DNA from: Eledone cirrhosa
Lineage: Eukaryota
Direction: 5' to 3'
Length of the DNA stretch: 56,545 nucleotides
Assembly (NCBI GenBank): GCA_964016885.1
Contig: CAXHJY010000201.1
Coordinates: 1 to 56,545 of the forward strand
Below, piece by piece: positions 34,101 through 56,545 of the stretch. The translations under genes were made by a program, and so were the position numbers. The notes under the pieces were generated by a model. That model was given only the letters and a program-made list of their open reading frames with translations. It searched no databases and had not been told where the DNA came from. Within the stretch, counting starts at the first letter, position 1, and every line of letters starts with the position of its first letter.

Positions 34101-34712
34101 ATGGTGGCTGCCAACTCGTTTTCGAGTACGGCCACTACTTTATATCCATGTAGGAGAACCCCTACCGATGCGCTGAACGAGTGTGACTTTTTAGTCCAGC
34201 CAGCGACTTGAAAACTCTGGTACAAACACTACACTTGTGACAATTATTGACACATAGTGCTGGGCCCATGGTACCATGTGACGGCAAGTGCAGAGAGATC
34301 TCCAGATATAAAGCAATGCCTGTGCCGTGAAGCTTTTATAGTGAGCAAAGGCAATGCACAAAGCCAGTCCCACTCTCTTAACCAAGATGATATTTACCAA
34401 AAAGAAGAACAAGTCAACATCATTGGATACCATCAGGGTTGCAGGTGTTATATCAGAGTTTTCCTTCTCCTAGAATTCTGCCTTGACAAAGGCTAAGGGG
34501 TCATCTCTCCCAGTGATTTTGGATGGCCATTGACTCTTAAGAGCTCCTTTGCACTTTGACAGGTTTTGTTTTTAGTCCTGCAGGATGTCCAAAGTCACCC
34601 TCCTCACCAAGAAACCTTGGTGGGGTTGCCAGTTTAGTCGCCAACGACCCGACCATGAAACAGGTTGTACTGGGATACATGTTACCAGTAGCACCAAGTG
34701 GTGACCTGACAT
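34101..34712 (-). mobile_element. Bipartite RTE-derived element, copy 3 (longest colinear copy)
   Basis: Colinear with copy 1; flanked by TA arrays on both sides. Confidence 0.88.
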
Positions 34713-34725
34713 AAACATATACATA

Positions 34726-34763
<38 letters not shown>

Positions 34764-34767
34764 CATA

Positions 34768-34813
<46 letters not shown>

Positions 34814-34865
34814 CATATATATATATACATATATATATGTATATATACATATATACATATACATA

Positions 34866-34897
<32 letters not shown>

Positions 34898-34911
34898 CAT
34901 ATATATGTATA

Positions 34912-34943
<32 letters not shown>

Positions 34944-34976
34944 CATATATATGTATATATATACATATATATATAC

Positions 34977-35007
<31 letters not shown>

Positions 35008-35147
35008 CATATATATATACATATATATATACATATATATATATACATATATATATACATATATATATATACATATATATATACATATATATATACATAT
35101 ATATATATATACATATATATATACATATATATATATACATATATATA

Positions 35148-35603
35148 TTCAGAGACCTGAAAATCCGCCTCTTCATTGCTGTAGTGGAGTTTGTGCTGCT
35201 GTATGGGTCTGAGACTTGGACACTGACCAAGAAACTCACTCAGATGGTGGATGGGTGCTCAACGAGAATGCTGAGGATGGCTCTGAACATTAATCAGTAT
35301 ACACTGAGGATGAAAAACTCAGGGCTGTATGGGAACATCCCAAAAGTCAGCTCAAAAGTGACACAGAGGAGACTTAGTTTAGCTGGACATGCTCACCGAC
35401 ATCCAGAGTTGACATTGCACTCAATGCTCCTTTGGGAGCCCCTACATGGACACACTAGAAGAGGAAGACCAAGGTTAACATATGTTGATGCCCTAAGGAC
35501 AGACACTGGTCTATTGGAGACGCAGGACATGGCTGCGATAATGAGGGACAGAGACCGCTGGAGAGAACTCGTCCATGGATCTCGGGATTTTTACCCGCCT
35601 TAG
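35148..35603 (+). mobile_element. 5'-truncated RTE-clade LINE, C-terminal coding part
   Basis: [23 protein letters not shown]...RRLSLAGH..R...[11 protein letters not shown]...DRDRWR; open frame, TA-flanked. Confidence 0.9.
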
Positions 35604-35604
35604 A

Positions 35605-36900
<1,296 letters not shown>

Positions 36901-36908
36901 CGTGTGTG

Positions 36909-38078
<1,170 letters not shown>

Positions 38079-38080
38079 TA

Positions 38081-40056
38081 GAGTTGTTTAACTGCGGGAA
38101 TTTTCAACGGTTTAATATCCCGAAGTGGATATGGAATTGAGGTGAGCTAATGTGTAATAGGGGGAGGTAACTAGCTCATTATAATAATTAAATTCTTTGC
38201 TCTAATAGACATTATATATTGCCTCAATTGAATGCCTTATATGAAAAAAATTATATATTTATATTTAATTTTAAATACAGTCTACTCTCTCGTAATATAT
38301 TAAATGTTTCATTAGATTGTTGTCTACCCAATATTTGGTAAGACATGGAATAACGTATAGCTGTTTGCATGATAAACTAGATACATCTCTTGAGTAAATA
38401 AATTACTACTTTATATACAATGTTATTAATTTATACGTCTAATTATAAATGTATATATAATTCATCGTTCCATATTACATTTAAGTTAGATAAATCCCTT
38501 ATGTTAATAAATTAATCCTTTATATACAATGTTATTAATTTATACATTTAATTATGAATGTATATATAATTCATTGTTACATTTAATATTTAAAGTTTAT
38601 ATATATTGTATTATATTTCAATCACTATATAATTATAAGTAATATAAAGTAATTATATTAAAAGGTGGTGACTATAAGAATATTTCTAGAGTATAACGTT
38701 ATAGATAAAAATGATTTGTGTAGGGGAAAGGGTGGATCAAAGAGTGTGATGCGGCGGTGGATAGTAAGTATTAGAGGTGAAGTGCTAATGGTGGTGATGA
38801 GTTTAAATCTGACATTGTTATATACTAGGTATAAAGCTTTGGAATGAGTGTCGGAAGCGGTGCTGGCACGATGCAAACACTTCCGATGTTTTATTTAGGA
38901 GGTTAAGATTCGAAAAGATTCTATTTTTCAGATAGTGTATGTAGCTAGATAGTGAAGTGGAATTGGCTAGATTGTGTTCTTTGAAAGAGTGGAGTTGCGA
39001 GTTTTATCTCGTCTTGAAGCAGTTCGAAGTAGAGCCTATATATGTTTTAGAAGAGTTGTTAGTGTTGACCGTGCAGGAGTAAATGATGTCCTTGATTAAG
39101 CAGTTGGTACCTAAAGGGCAGGTTCTATTTGATCTACAGTTACATTTATGTTGGATGTTATCTTGTCGGGCATTATGTTGTGTAGAATTCTGGAGGCTAG
39201 GAATAGCATTAGGGCTATGACGGTTGTCGTTCCTAATGTTATTGAGTTCATTAGTGTTATTACTATTATTACTATTGCTATTAGGGTTTGTAGTTATTTT
39301 GTTGTTCTGAAAGTTTACAGCCTGCTGTGTTTTAATTTGTTGAAAATAAATATTAATCTTTCTTTTATTACTACTAGCTATATGGTATGCTATGTTAGGT
39401 GTGGTAAAGTAAGAGATTTTAATGGTGTTTTTATTTATGAGATTATGGTACTTGTGGCCATAGGGGAAGTCTTTTTTCTAGTATTGAGAAGAAAGCCTTA
39501 GGTAAGTTGGCAGAGACGTTTAGATGGAAAGGGGGATTGAAAAATGTATTAGTTCTTCTTCTATTTTTGTTTTTTATATATATTGAGGTATTTCTGTTTA
39601 TAATATTGTGGTGTCTACTTTGGTGCGAGTTAAGGTTGATATTACCCTTCGTATTAGAGTAAGGGTGGCTAATATTCTTCTTATTACTTTTCCTCATGCC
39701 ATATTGCGAGAAACAATGCTGTAACTATACAATTTTATAGGTAGGAATTCAATCTCATTATTATGACCTGATTTAGCTAATGCCTGATTATAGTATTGTG
39801 AATTATTGATAAATATGGTTTCGTAATGAGATAGATTAGAGATTCTAGTAGATATTCCTTTAGTGATTGAGTTCAATATGGATTTAGGGTGGTTAGACTT
39901 GGTATCAACATGAATTAGTTTTTCGTTAGGTTTATTCGAAAGGGTGTATATACTTTAGAGTCTAGGTAAAGGGTAGCATCAAGGAAGTTAACAGTTTTAG
40001 TGTTTTTGTCTAAGGTGATACTTAAGTTGAAGTTTTTGAAAATGTTATGTAATAAT
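38081..40056 (-). mobile_element. Degenerate Penelope-like element 3' part: RT C-terminus/thumb + GIY-YIG + AT-rich 3' region
   Basis: VNFLDAT, SNHPKSILNSI..ISTRISNLS, FFNPPFHLNV, CNCRSNRTCPLGTNCLIKDIIYSC...TYIGST; frameshifts and stops. Two ~65-bp direct repeats near 38411 and 38519. The 3' boundary is approximate. Confidence 0.85.
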
Positions 40057-43398
<3,342 letters not shown>

Positions 43399-45626
43399 AA
43401 ACTGCGTCTGATTGCAATAACACAAAGCTGTTGTACAGTCTCTTGCGTGAGGTTTATGGACCGTCTTCTTCTCTGGTGACACCGATTCGCAGCAAGGATG
43501 GCAAAGAACTTCTTCGTGACTCACAGGGAATTCTACGAAGGTGGCGAGAGCACTTTGATGATCTTTTGAATCAGCCGTCTGTCGTCAGTGAAGATTTCCT
43601 CAATCTCATTCCGGAAAGTCCTGTGAAAGTAGCTCTCGCAGAACCTCCGACACTTGTGGAGGTTGCAGTGGCTATTTCGAAGCTGAACAGTGGAAGATCT
43701 CCAGGTATGGATGGCATACATGCTGAGCTCCTACAATATGGTGGTGAGAGACTCCTGCAACATCTTCACTCTCTGTTTGGAGGGATATGGGCTAATGAAT
43801 CCGTGCCTGAGGACTGGAGAGATGCAGTAATGGTGGTCTTGTACAAGGGAAAGGGTAACAGGAATGATTGTGGGAACTACAGAGGTATATCATTGCTTTC
43901 TGTCGTGGGGAAAGTTTTATGTAGGGTGCTTCTGGACCGTCTGCTGACACACATTGCAGATTGTGTCCTTCCTGAAAGCCAATCTGGTTTTCGTGTTGGA
44001 CGCGGCACTACTGATATGATCTTCTCAGCTAGACAGCTCCAGGAGAAGTGCATTGAACAGGGCTTGGATCTGTATCAGGTTTTTGTCGATCTGACAAAGG
44101 CTTTCGATACTGTCAACAGAGATGCATTATGGAAGGTTCTCCAGAAACTTGGTTGCCCTGATAAGTTCCTTGCTTTAGTTAGGTCTTTCCATGACGACAT
44201 GAAGGCTTGGGTTAATGTCGGAGGTAACATGTCGGAGCCTATCTCAGTAAAAAATGGAGTGAAACAGGGGGATATTCCAGCACCGACCCTGTTTGCCATA
44301 TACTTTGCAATGGTTTTCTGTATTGCATTCAGGAATTGCGAGCATGGTGTTTACATCCGATATCGAACCTCAGGCAGCATATTTAACATCAGGCGCTTTG
44401 CTGCGAAGACAAAAGTATTTACATCAGTCATAAGAGACCTCTTGTATGCAGATGATTGCGATCTTGTAGCGCACACAGAGAGTGATATGCAGCACATTTT
44501 GAATGTATTTTCTGACGCTTGCACTGCCCTGGGTTTGACTGTCAGTCTCAAGAAAACCGTCGTCATGTACCAACCTGCACCTGGTAGGCAGTACACTGAA
44601 CCAAACATCTATGTGTATGGCAAACGACTTGGAGTGGTTGATCAGTTTGTCTACCTGGGAAGCACTGTCAATCGATACGGCAACCTTGACAGTGAAATCT
44701 CACTTAGGATTAGGAAAGCAAGTGATGCTTTCGGAAAGCTAGAAAGGCGACTCTGGGGTCGGCGAGACATATGCAGGAGGACAAAGGTAAAGGTGTACAG
44801 GGCATGTGTACTCTCTTGTCTTCTTTATGCCTGCGAGACCTGGGTCACATATCGACGCCACCTTAAGCAATTGGAACGTTTCCATCAGATGTGTCTCAGA
44901 CGGATACATGGCGTTCACTGGAGGGACCACATCAGTGATGTCGAGATTTTGGAAAGCTCTATGTGTGACAGTATAGAAGCTCTTGTGCTTAAGCAGCGAC
45001 TCCGTTGGAGTGGTCACCTTGCCAGGATGAAGGATTCTAGAATACCAAAACAACTCTTCTATGGAGAGTTGGTTAAAGGAAAACGACCGCCACATAAACC
45101 AAAAAAGAGGTATAAGGATTCCTTGAAGGCCTCTCTGAAAGACGCTAACATCTCTGCTGATACATGGGAAAATATTGCTGCTGATCGTAATAAATGGAGA
45201 AAGACTGTATATGAGGGAAAAGTTGCCTTTGAGGCATCTCGAATCGCACACGAGAAAGTAAAGCGGGACGTGAGGAAGGGTATTGCTGTTGCACTTCCAG
45301 ACGGCGAGGGTCCTCCTATGTTTCTGACATGCAGCGTCTGTGCGAGACTCTGCCTAAGCAAAGCTGGACTCGAAAGTCATCTTCGCAGTCATAAAGTAAG
45401 ACCAGTGGTTGACTACCAGGCTGCTGTTGGAGATGCTACTCATCATGCTTGCCAAACATGTGGTAGAGAATGTAAATCAGCAGGAGGACTCAAGCGACAT
45501 GCAAAAGTACACGAACTCCAACCACAGCCGACTATTCCCAGTAAATGTTTTGGTTGCCGACTCTGTGCAAGACATTTTAGATCATTGGCTGGGCTAAAAA
45601 GCCACATTCGATCGCAGCACTGTTAG
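43399..45626 (+). CDS. RTE-clade non-LTR retrotransposon ORF, 5'-truncated: RT + three C-terminal C2H2 zinc fingers
   Basis: Uninterrupted ~740 codons: [64 protein letters not shown], then three CxxC-x12-H-x3/4-H fingers. Endonuclease and start codon are missing. Confidence 0.95.
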
Positions 45627-45634
45627 TTGCTATC

Positions 45635-45672
<38 letters not shown>

Positions 45673-45901
45673 GCTTATGTGCGTGCGTGTGTGTGTATAT
45701 ATATATGAATATGTATATTATTATTGTTGTTGTCGTTATTATTATTATTGCTATTATTATTATTATTATTATTATTATTGTTATTAATGTATGTGTGTAT
45801 ATATGTGTGAGTGTATGTGTATGTATGTGTGTGTGTATATATGTATGTATGTGTATGTATGTGTGTGTGTATATATACGTGTGTGTATATATATATGTAT
45901 A

Positions 45902-45940
<39 letters not shown>

Positions 45941-45958
45941 TTTCCCATTTTTTTTTTT

Positions 45959-46021
<63 letters not shown>

Positions 46022-46086
46022 TTTTTTTTTTTTTTTTTTTTTTATTGTGCAATGGCCATACTCGATAACGAGGGGGCAGCCATCAT
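45627..46086 (+). mobile_element. Probable 3' UTR of the RTE, filled with (GT)n/(ATT)n/(TA)n/Tn and ending in a stem-loop
   Basis: Terminal GTGCAATGGCCATACTCGATAACGAGGGGGCAGCCATCAT is homologous to the tail of the bipartite element. Confidence 0.7.
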
Positions 46087-46115
46087 ATATGTATGTGTGT
46101 ATGTATGTATATATG

Positions 46116-46149
<34 letters not shown>

Positions 46150-46155
46150 TGTATG

Positions 46156-46189
<34 letters not shown>

Positions 46190-46221
46190 TGTATGTATGT
46201 ATGTATGTATGTATGTTTGTA

Positions 46222-46392
46222 TATTATCTCTTTCTCTTAATTTCGAGTATATTTTTTTGACCGGCCACCTTCCTGGTGGCAAGGTTGTAAAGAAAAGAAA
46301 TTGTCATCCCTTGAATCGAAAGTATGTTTTGCAAATTTTGAAGGTGCCAGCTATCGCAGCCATTTGTAGACTATGAATTAGGGAGCTGCGCT
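46222..46392 (-). mobile_element. 3' end fragment of a probable RLE-type (R4/Dong-like) non-LTR element
   Basis: Translation SLQMAAIAGTFKICKTYFRFKG* resembles the terminal QKxAxxGTxxI motif; short 3' UTR with GCCACCAGGAAGGTGGC hairpin. Confidence 0.45.
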
Positions 46393-46683
46393 TGTATGTA
46401 TGTATGTATGTATGTATGTATGTATGTATGTATGTATGTATGTATGTATGTATGTATGTATGTATGCATGTATGTATGTATGTATGTATCTACGTTTGTA
46501 TATACGTGTGTATGTACGTAGGTATGGATATGTGTTTCTCTGTGCGTATGTTTGTGTATGTGTGTCTATGTATGTATATATGTATGTGCGTATATATGTA
46601 TGTATATATGTATGTGTGTATGTATATATGTATGTATATATGTATGTATATATGTATGTATATATATATATTTTTTTTTCTCC

Positions 46684-46725
46684 TCGTGCAATGGCTATAC
46701 TCGATAACGAGGGAGCAGCCATCAT
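46684..46725 (+). mobile_element. Orphan RTE 3' tail
   Basis: GTGCAATGGCTATACTCGATAACGAGGGAGCAGCCATCAT, 2 differences from 46047-46086. Confidence 0.8.
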
Positions 46726-46759
46726 ATATGTATGTATGTATGTATATATGTATATATGT

Positions 46760-47042
46760 ATGTAAGTATATGGGTATGTGCATGTGTACGTACGTATGTA
46801 TAAATATGTGTTTGTATGTGTGTATGTATGTGTATGTGTGTCTATGTATGTATTTATGTATGTACGTATGTATGTGTGTATGTATGTATGTATGTGTGTA
46901 TGTATGTATGTATGTATGTATGTATGTATATAAGTATATATGTATGTACATGTGTACGTACGTATGTATAAATATGTGTTTGTATGTGTGTATGTATGTG
47001 TATGTGTGTCTATGTATGTATATATGTATGTACGTATGTATG

Positions 47043-47076
<34 letters not shown>

Positions 47077-47194
47077 TGTATATAAGTATATATGTATGTA
47101 CATGTGTACGTACGTATGTATAAATATGTGTTTGTATGTGTGTATGTATGTATATGTGTGTCTATGTATGTATATATGTATGTACGTATGTATG

Positions 47195-47228
<34 letters not shown>

Positions 47229-47674
47229 TATAAGTATATATGTATGTACATGTGTACGTACGTATGTATAATATGTGTTTGTATGTGTGTATGTATGTAT
47301 ATGTGTGTCTATGTATGTATATATGTATGTGCGTATGTATGTATATATGTATGTATGTACTGTAAGTATGTATGTATGTATGTATGTATATAAGTATATA
47401 TGTATGTACATGTGTACGTACGTATGTATAAATATGTGTTTGTATGTGTGTATGTATGTGTATGTGTGTCTATGTATGTATATATGTATATATGTATGTA
47501 TGTATATATGTATGTATGTATGTATATAAGTATATATGTATGTGCATGTGTACGTACGTATGTATAAATATGTGTTTGTATGTGTGTATGTATGTGTATG
47601 CGTGTCTATGTATGTATTTGTGTATGTACGTATGTATGTATGTATGTATGTATATATGTATGTACGTATGTATG

Positions 47675-47708
<34 letters not shown>

Positions 47709-47822
47709 TATAAGTATATATGTATGTACATGTGTACGTACGTATGTATAAATATGTGTTTGTATGTGTGTATGTATGTATATGTGTGTCTATGTATGTA
47801 TATATGTATGCACGTATGTATG

Positions 47823-47856
<34 letters not shown>

Positions 47857-48268
47857 TATAAGTATATATGTATGTACATGTGTACGTACGTATGTATAAA
47901 TATGTGTTTGTATGTGTGTATGTATGTATATGTGTGTCTATGTATGTATATATGTATGTGCGTATGTATGTATATATGTATGTATGTATGTAAGTATGTA
48001 TGTATGTATGTATGTATATAAGTATATATGTATGTACATGTGTACGTACGTATGTATAAATATGTGTTTGTATGTGTGTATGTATGTGTATGTGTGTCTA
48101 TGTATGTATATATGTATATATGTATGTATGTATATATGTATGTATGTATGTATATAAGTATATATGTATGTGCATGTGTACGTACGTATTGATAAATATA
48201 TGTGTATGTCTGTGTATGTGTGTCTATGTATGTATATATGTATGTACGTATGTATGTACGTATGTATG

Positions 48269-48302
<34 letters not shown>

Positions 48303-48395
48303 TGTATGTATATAAGTATATATGTATGTACATGTGTACGTACGTATGTATAAATATATGTGTATGTCTGTGTATGTGTGTCTATGTATGTATAT
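46760..48395. repeat. Minisatellite of ~11 monomers (136-184 bp) derived from (TATG)n, with a 628-bp higher-order period
   Basis: Anchor TAAGTATAT..CATGTGTACGTACGTAT recurs at 46763, 46931, 47083, 47231, 47391, 47527, 47711, 47859, 48019, 48155 and 48313. Confidence 0.9.
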
Positions 48396-48396
48396 A

Positions 48397-48625
48397 CCGT
48401 CTTAAAAGGAGTACGAGGGTACATAAGTATGACATCCCACAAACTGACATCCCACTAACTAACTCAATCAATCCAATGTCTGTCACATTTGCTGCAGATC
48501 GTGCAAATCTGCAGCTGGACCTAAAAGCGACCTAAGAGGCCATGAACGGGCGTTTAAAGTTGGTGTCGGTTGTTGGGGGTGAATAGGAAGACGGCAATCA
48601 TCTGCAAAGATGAAGCAATCACCAT
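48397..48625 (+). mobile_element. Degenerate RTE 3' fragment (zinc-finger remnants + tail)
   Basis: LKRSTRVHK.. and VCHICCRSCKSAAGPKSDLRGH; tail hairpin TCATCT-GCAA-AGATGA. Confidence 0.7.
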
Positions 48626-48994
48626 GTATGTACGTATTGATCTATGAATGTTTATATGAATATATGTGTATGTGTTGTCTGTCTGTATGTATATCTATGT
48701 ATATATGTATGTGTTCATGTACGTATGTGTGCATGTACGTATGTGTGCATGTACGTATGTGTGCATGTACGTATGTGTGCATGTACGTATGTACGAACAT
48801 ATGTATATATATATGTAAAAACTGTAAATGGGCTTCTGTCAGTTTCCACGATGAGTGTGTCAGTTATTCGATCAATGGAACAGCCTGCTTGTAAAATTAA
48901 TGTGCAGGTAGCTGAGCATTTTCCAGATATCTATGCCCTTAAGGTAAGAATTTCCACTCTAACAGAGTGTGTAATAATGGTGGCCTTTTGAACT

Positions 48995-49168
48995 ACAGGT
49001 GCACTCTACCCGACGTGGTTCTGACCAGTTTCTATCCACTCATTTTTCATCAGCTAACTTGGAAAACCCAGAGGCTAAGAAAAATGATACCTGATCTAAT
49101 GCCTCGCAGTGGTATCAAACCCAGAACCTTAACAAAGCGAAGCTAACTTCTGAACTATTTGGCCATAT
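48995..49168 (-). mobile_element. Degenerate SINE remnant
   Basis: Reverse complement has a tRNA-like head TGGCCAAATAGTT..GGGTTTGATACCACTGCG. Confidence 0.4.
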
Positions 49169-49198
49169 TACGTTAAATGTATGTATGTATGTATGTAT

Positions 49199-49352
49199 GG
49201 GAATTCTTCTGATTTGTTCACAAGCACAGTCTTAACAGCCACTCCTACCCCAGCCTCTCTTCTGGTTCCTTCATCTCTTCCTTTCCAGAGGAGTGTATAT
49301 TCTCCACAAAGTTCCGTGGGGTGGCCATCTCCAGCTGGCCTCGTCTCAGATA
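49199..49352 (-). mobile_element. RTE apurinic-endonuclease N-terminal fragment
   Basis: Translation [45 protein letters not shown]. Confidence 0.8.
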
Positions 49353-49364
49353 ATTTTAAAAAAA

Positions 49365-49409
49365 TTTATTTATTTATTTATTTATTTTTTTTTTATTTAT
49401 TTATTATTA

Positions 49410-49447
<38 letters not shown>

Positions 49448-49502
49448 TTTTTTTTTTTTCTCGTGCAATGGCCATACTCGATAACGAGGGGGCAGCCATC
49501 AT
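49365..49502 (+). mobile_element. Orphan RTE 3' end ((ATT)n, Tn, tail stem-loop)
   Basis: Tail identical to 46047-46086, with the same upstream simple repeats. Confidence 0.8.
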
Positions 49503-49590
49503 ATGTATATGTATGTATATATATATATATATGTATATGTATGTATATATATATATGTATATGTATATATATATGTATATGTATGTATAT

Positions 49591-49624
<34 letters not shown>

Positions 49625-49627
49625 ATG

Positions 49628-56545
<6,918 letters not shown>

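Noticed and set aside
46760-48395. Regularly spaced repeats resembling a CRISPR array
   Set aside because: Spacers are homologous low-complexity sequence, the context is eukaryotic and there are no cas genes.

Overview
Eukaryotic, repeat-dominated DNA, most likely an octopod cephalopod genome (inferred from the SINE families, the Penelope-like relics and the giant (TA)n arrays). Roughly 40-45% of the window is interrupted (TA)n/(TATG)n microsatellite, which produces all the long Ile/Tyr-repeat ORFs. No intact host gene is recognisable. The recognisable coding sequence is retrotransposon-derived: an uninterrupted 5'-truncated RTE ORF with RT and three C2H2 fingers (43399-45626,+), an uninterrupted CR1-like APE+RT ORF2 (49893-52838,-), three Penelope-like fragments, several RTE fragments and about 10 tRNA-type SINE copies. 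Notable structure: (1) three copies of a ~0.55-0.6 kb bipartite RTE-derived non-autonomous element, one with a twin-priming-type 5' inversion and a head whose hairpins covary; (2) minimal hammerhead ribozymes in Penelope terminal repeats; (3) fold-back palindromes inside and beside the TA arrays; (4) a ~2.6 kb microsatellite array repeated ~12.5 kb apart around the two young LINEs (real duplication or assembly artefact); (5) a 628-bp higher-order repeat built from (TATG)n; (6) insertion of unrelated LINE families into TA arrays. All calls are by eye and no database search was run.
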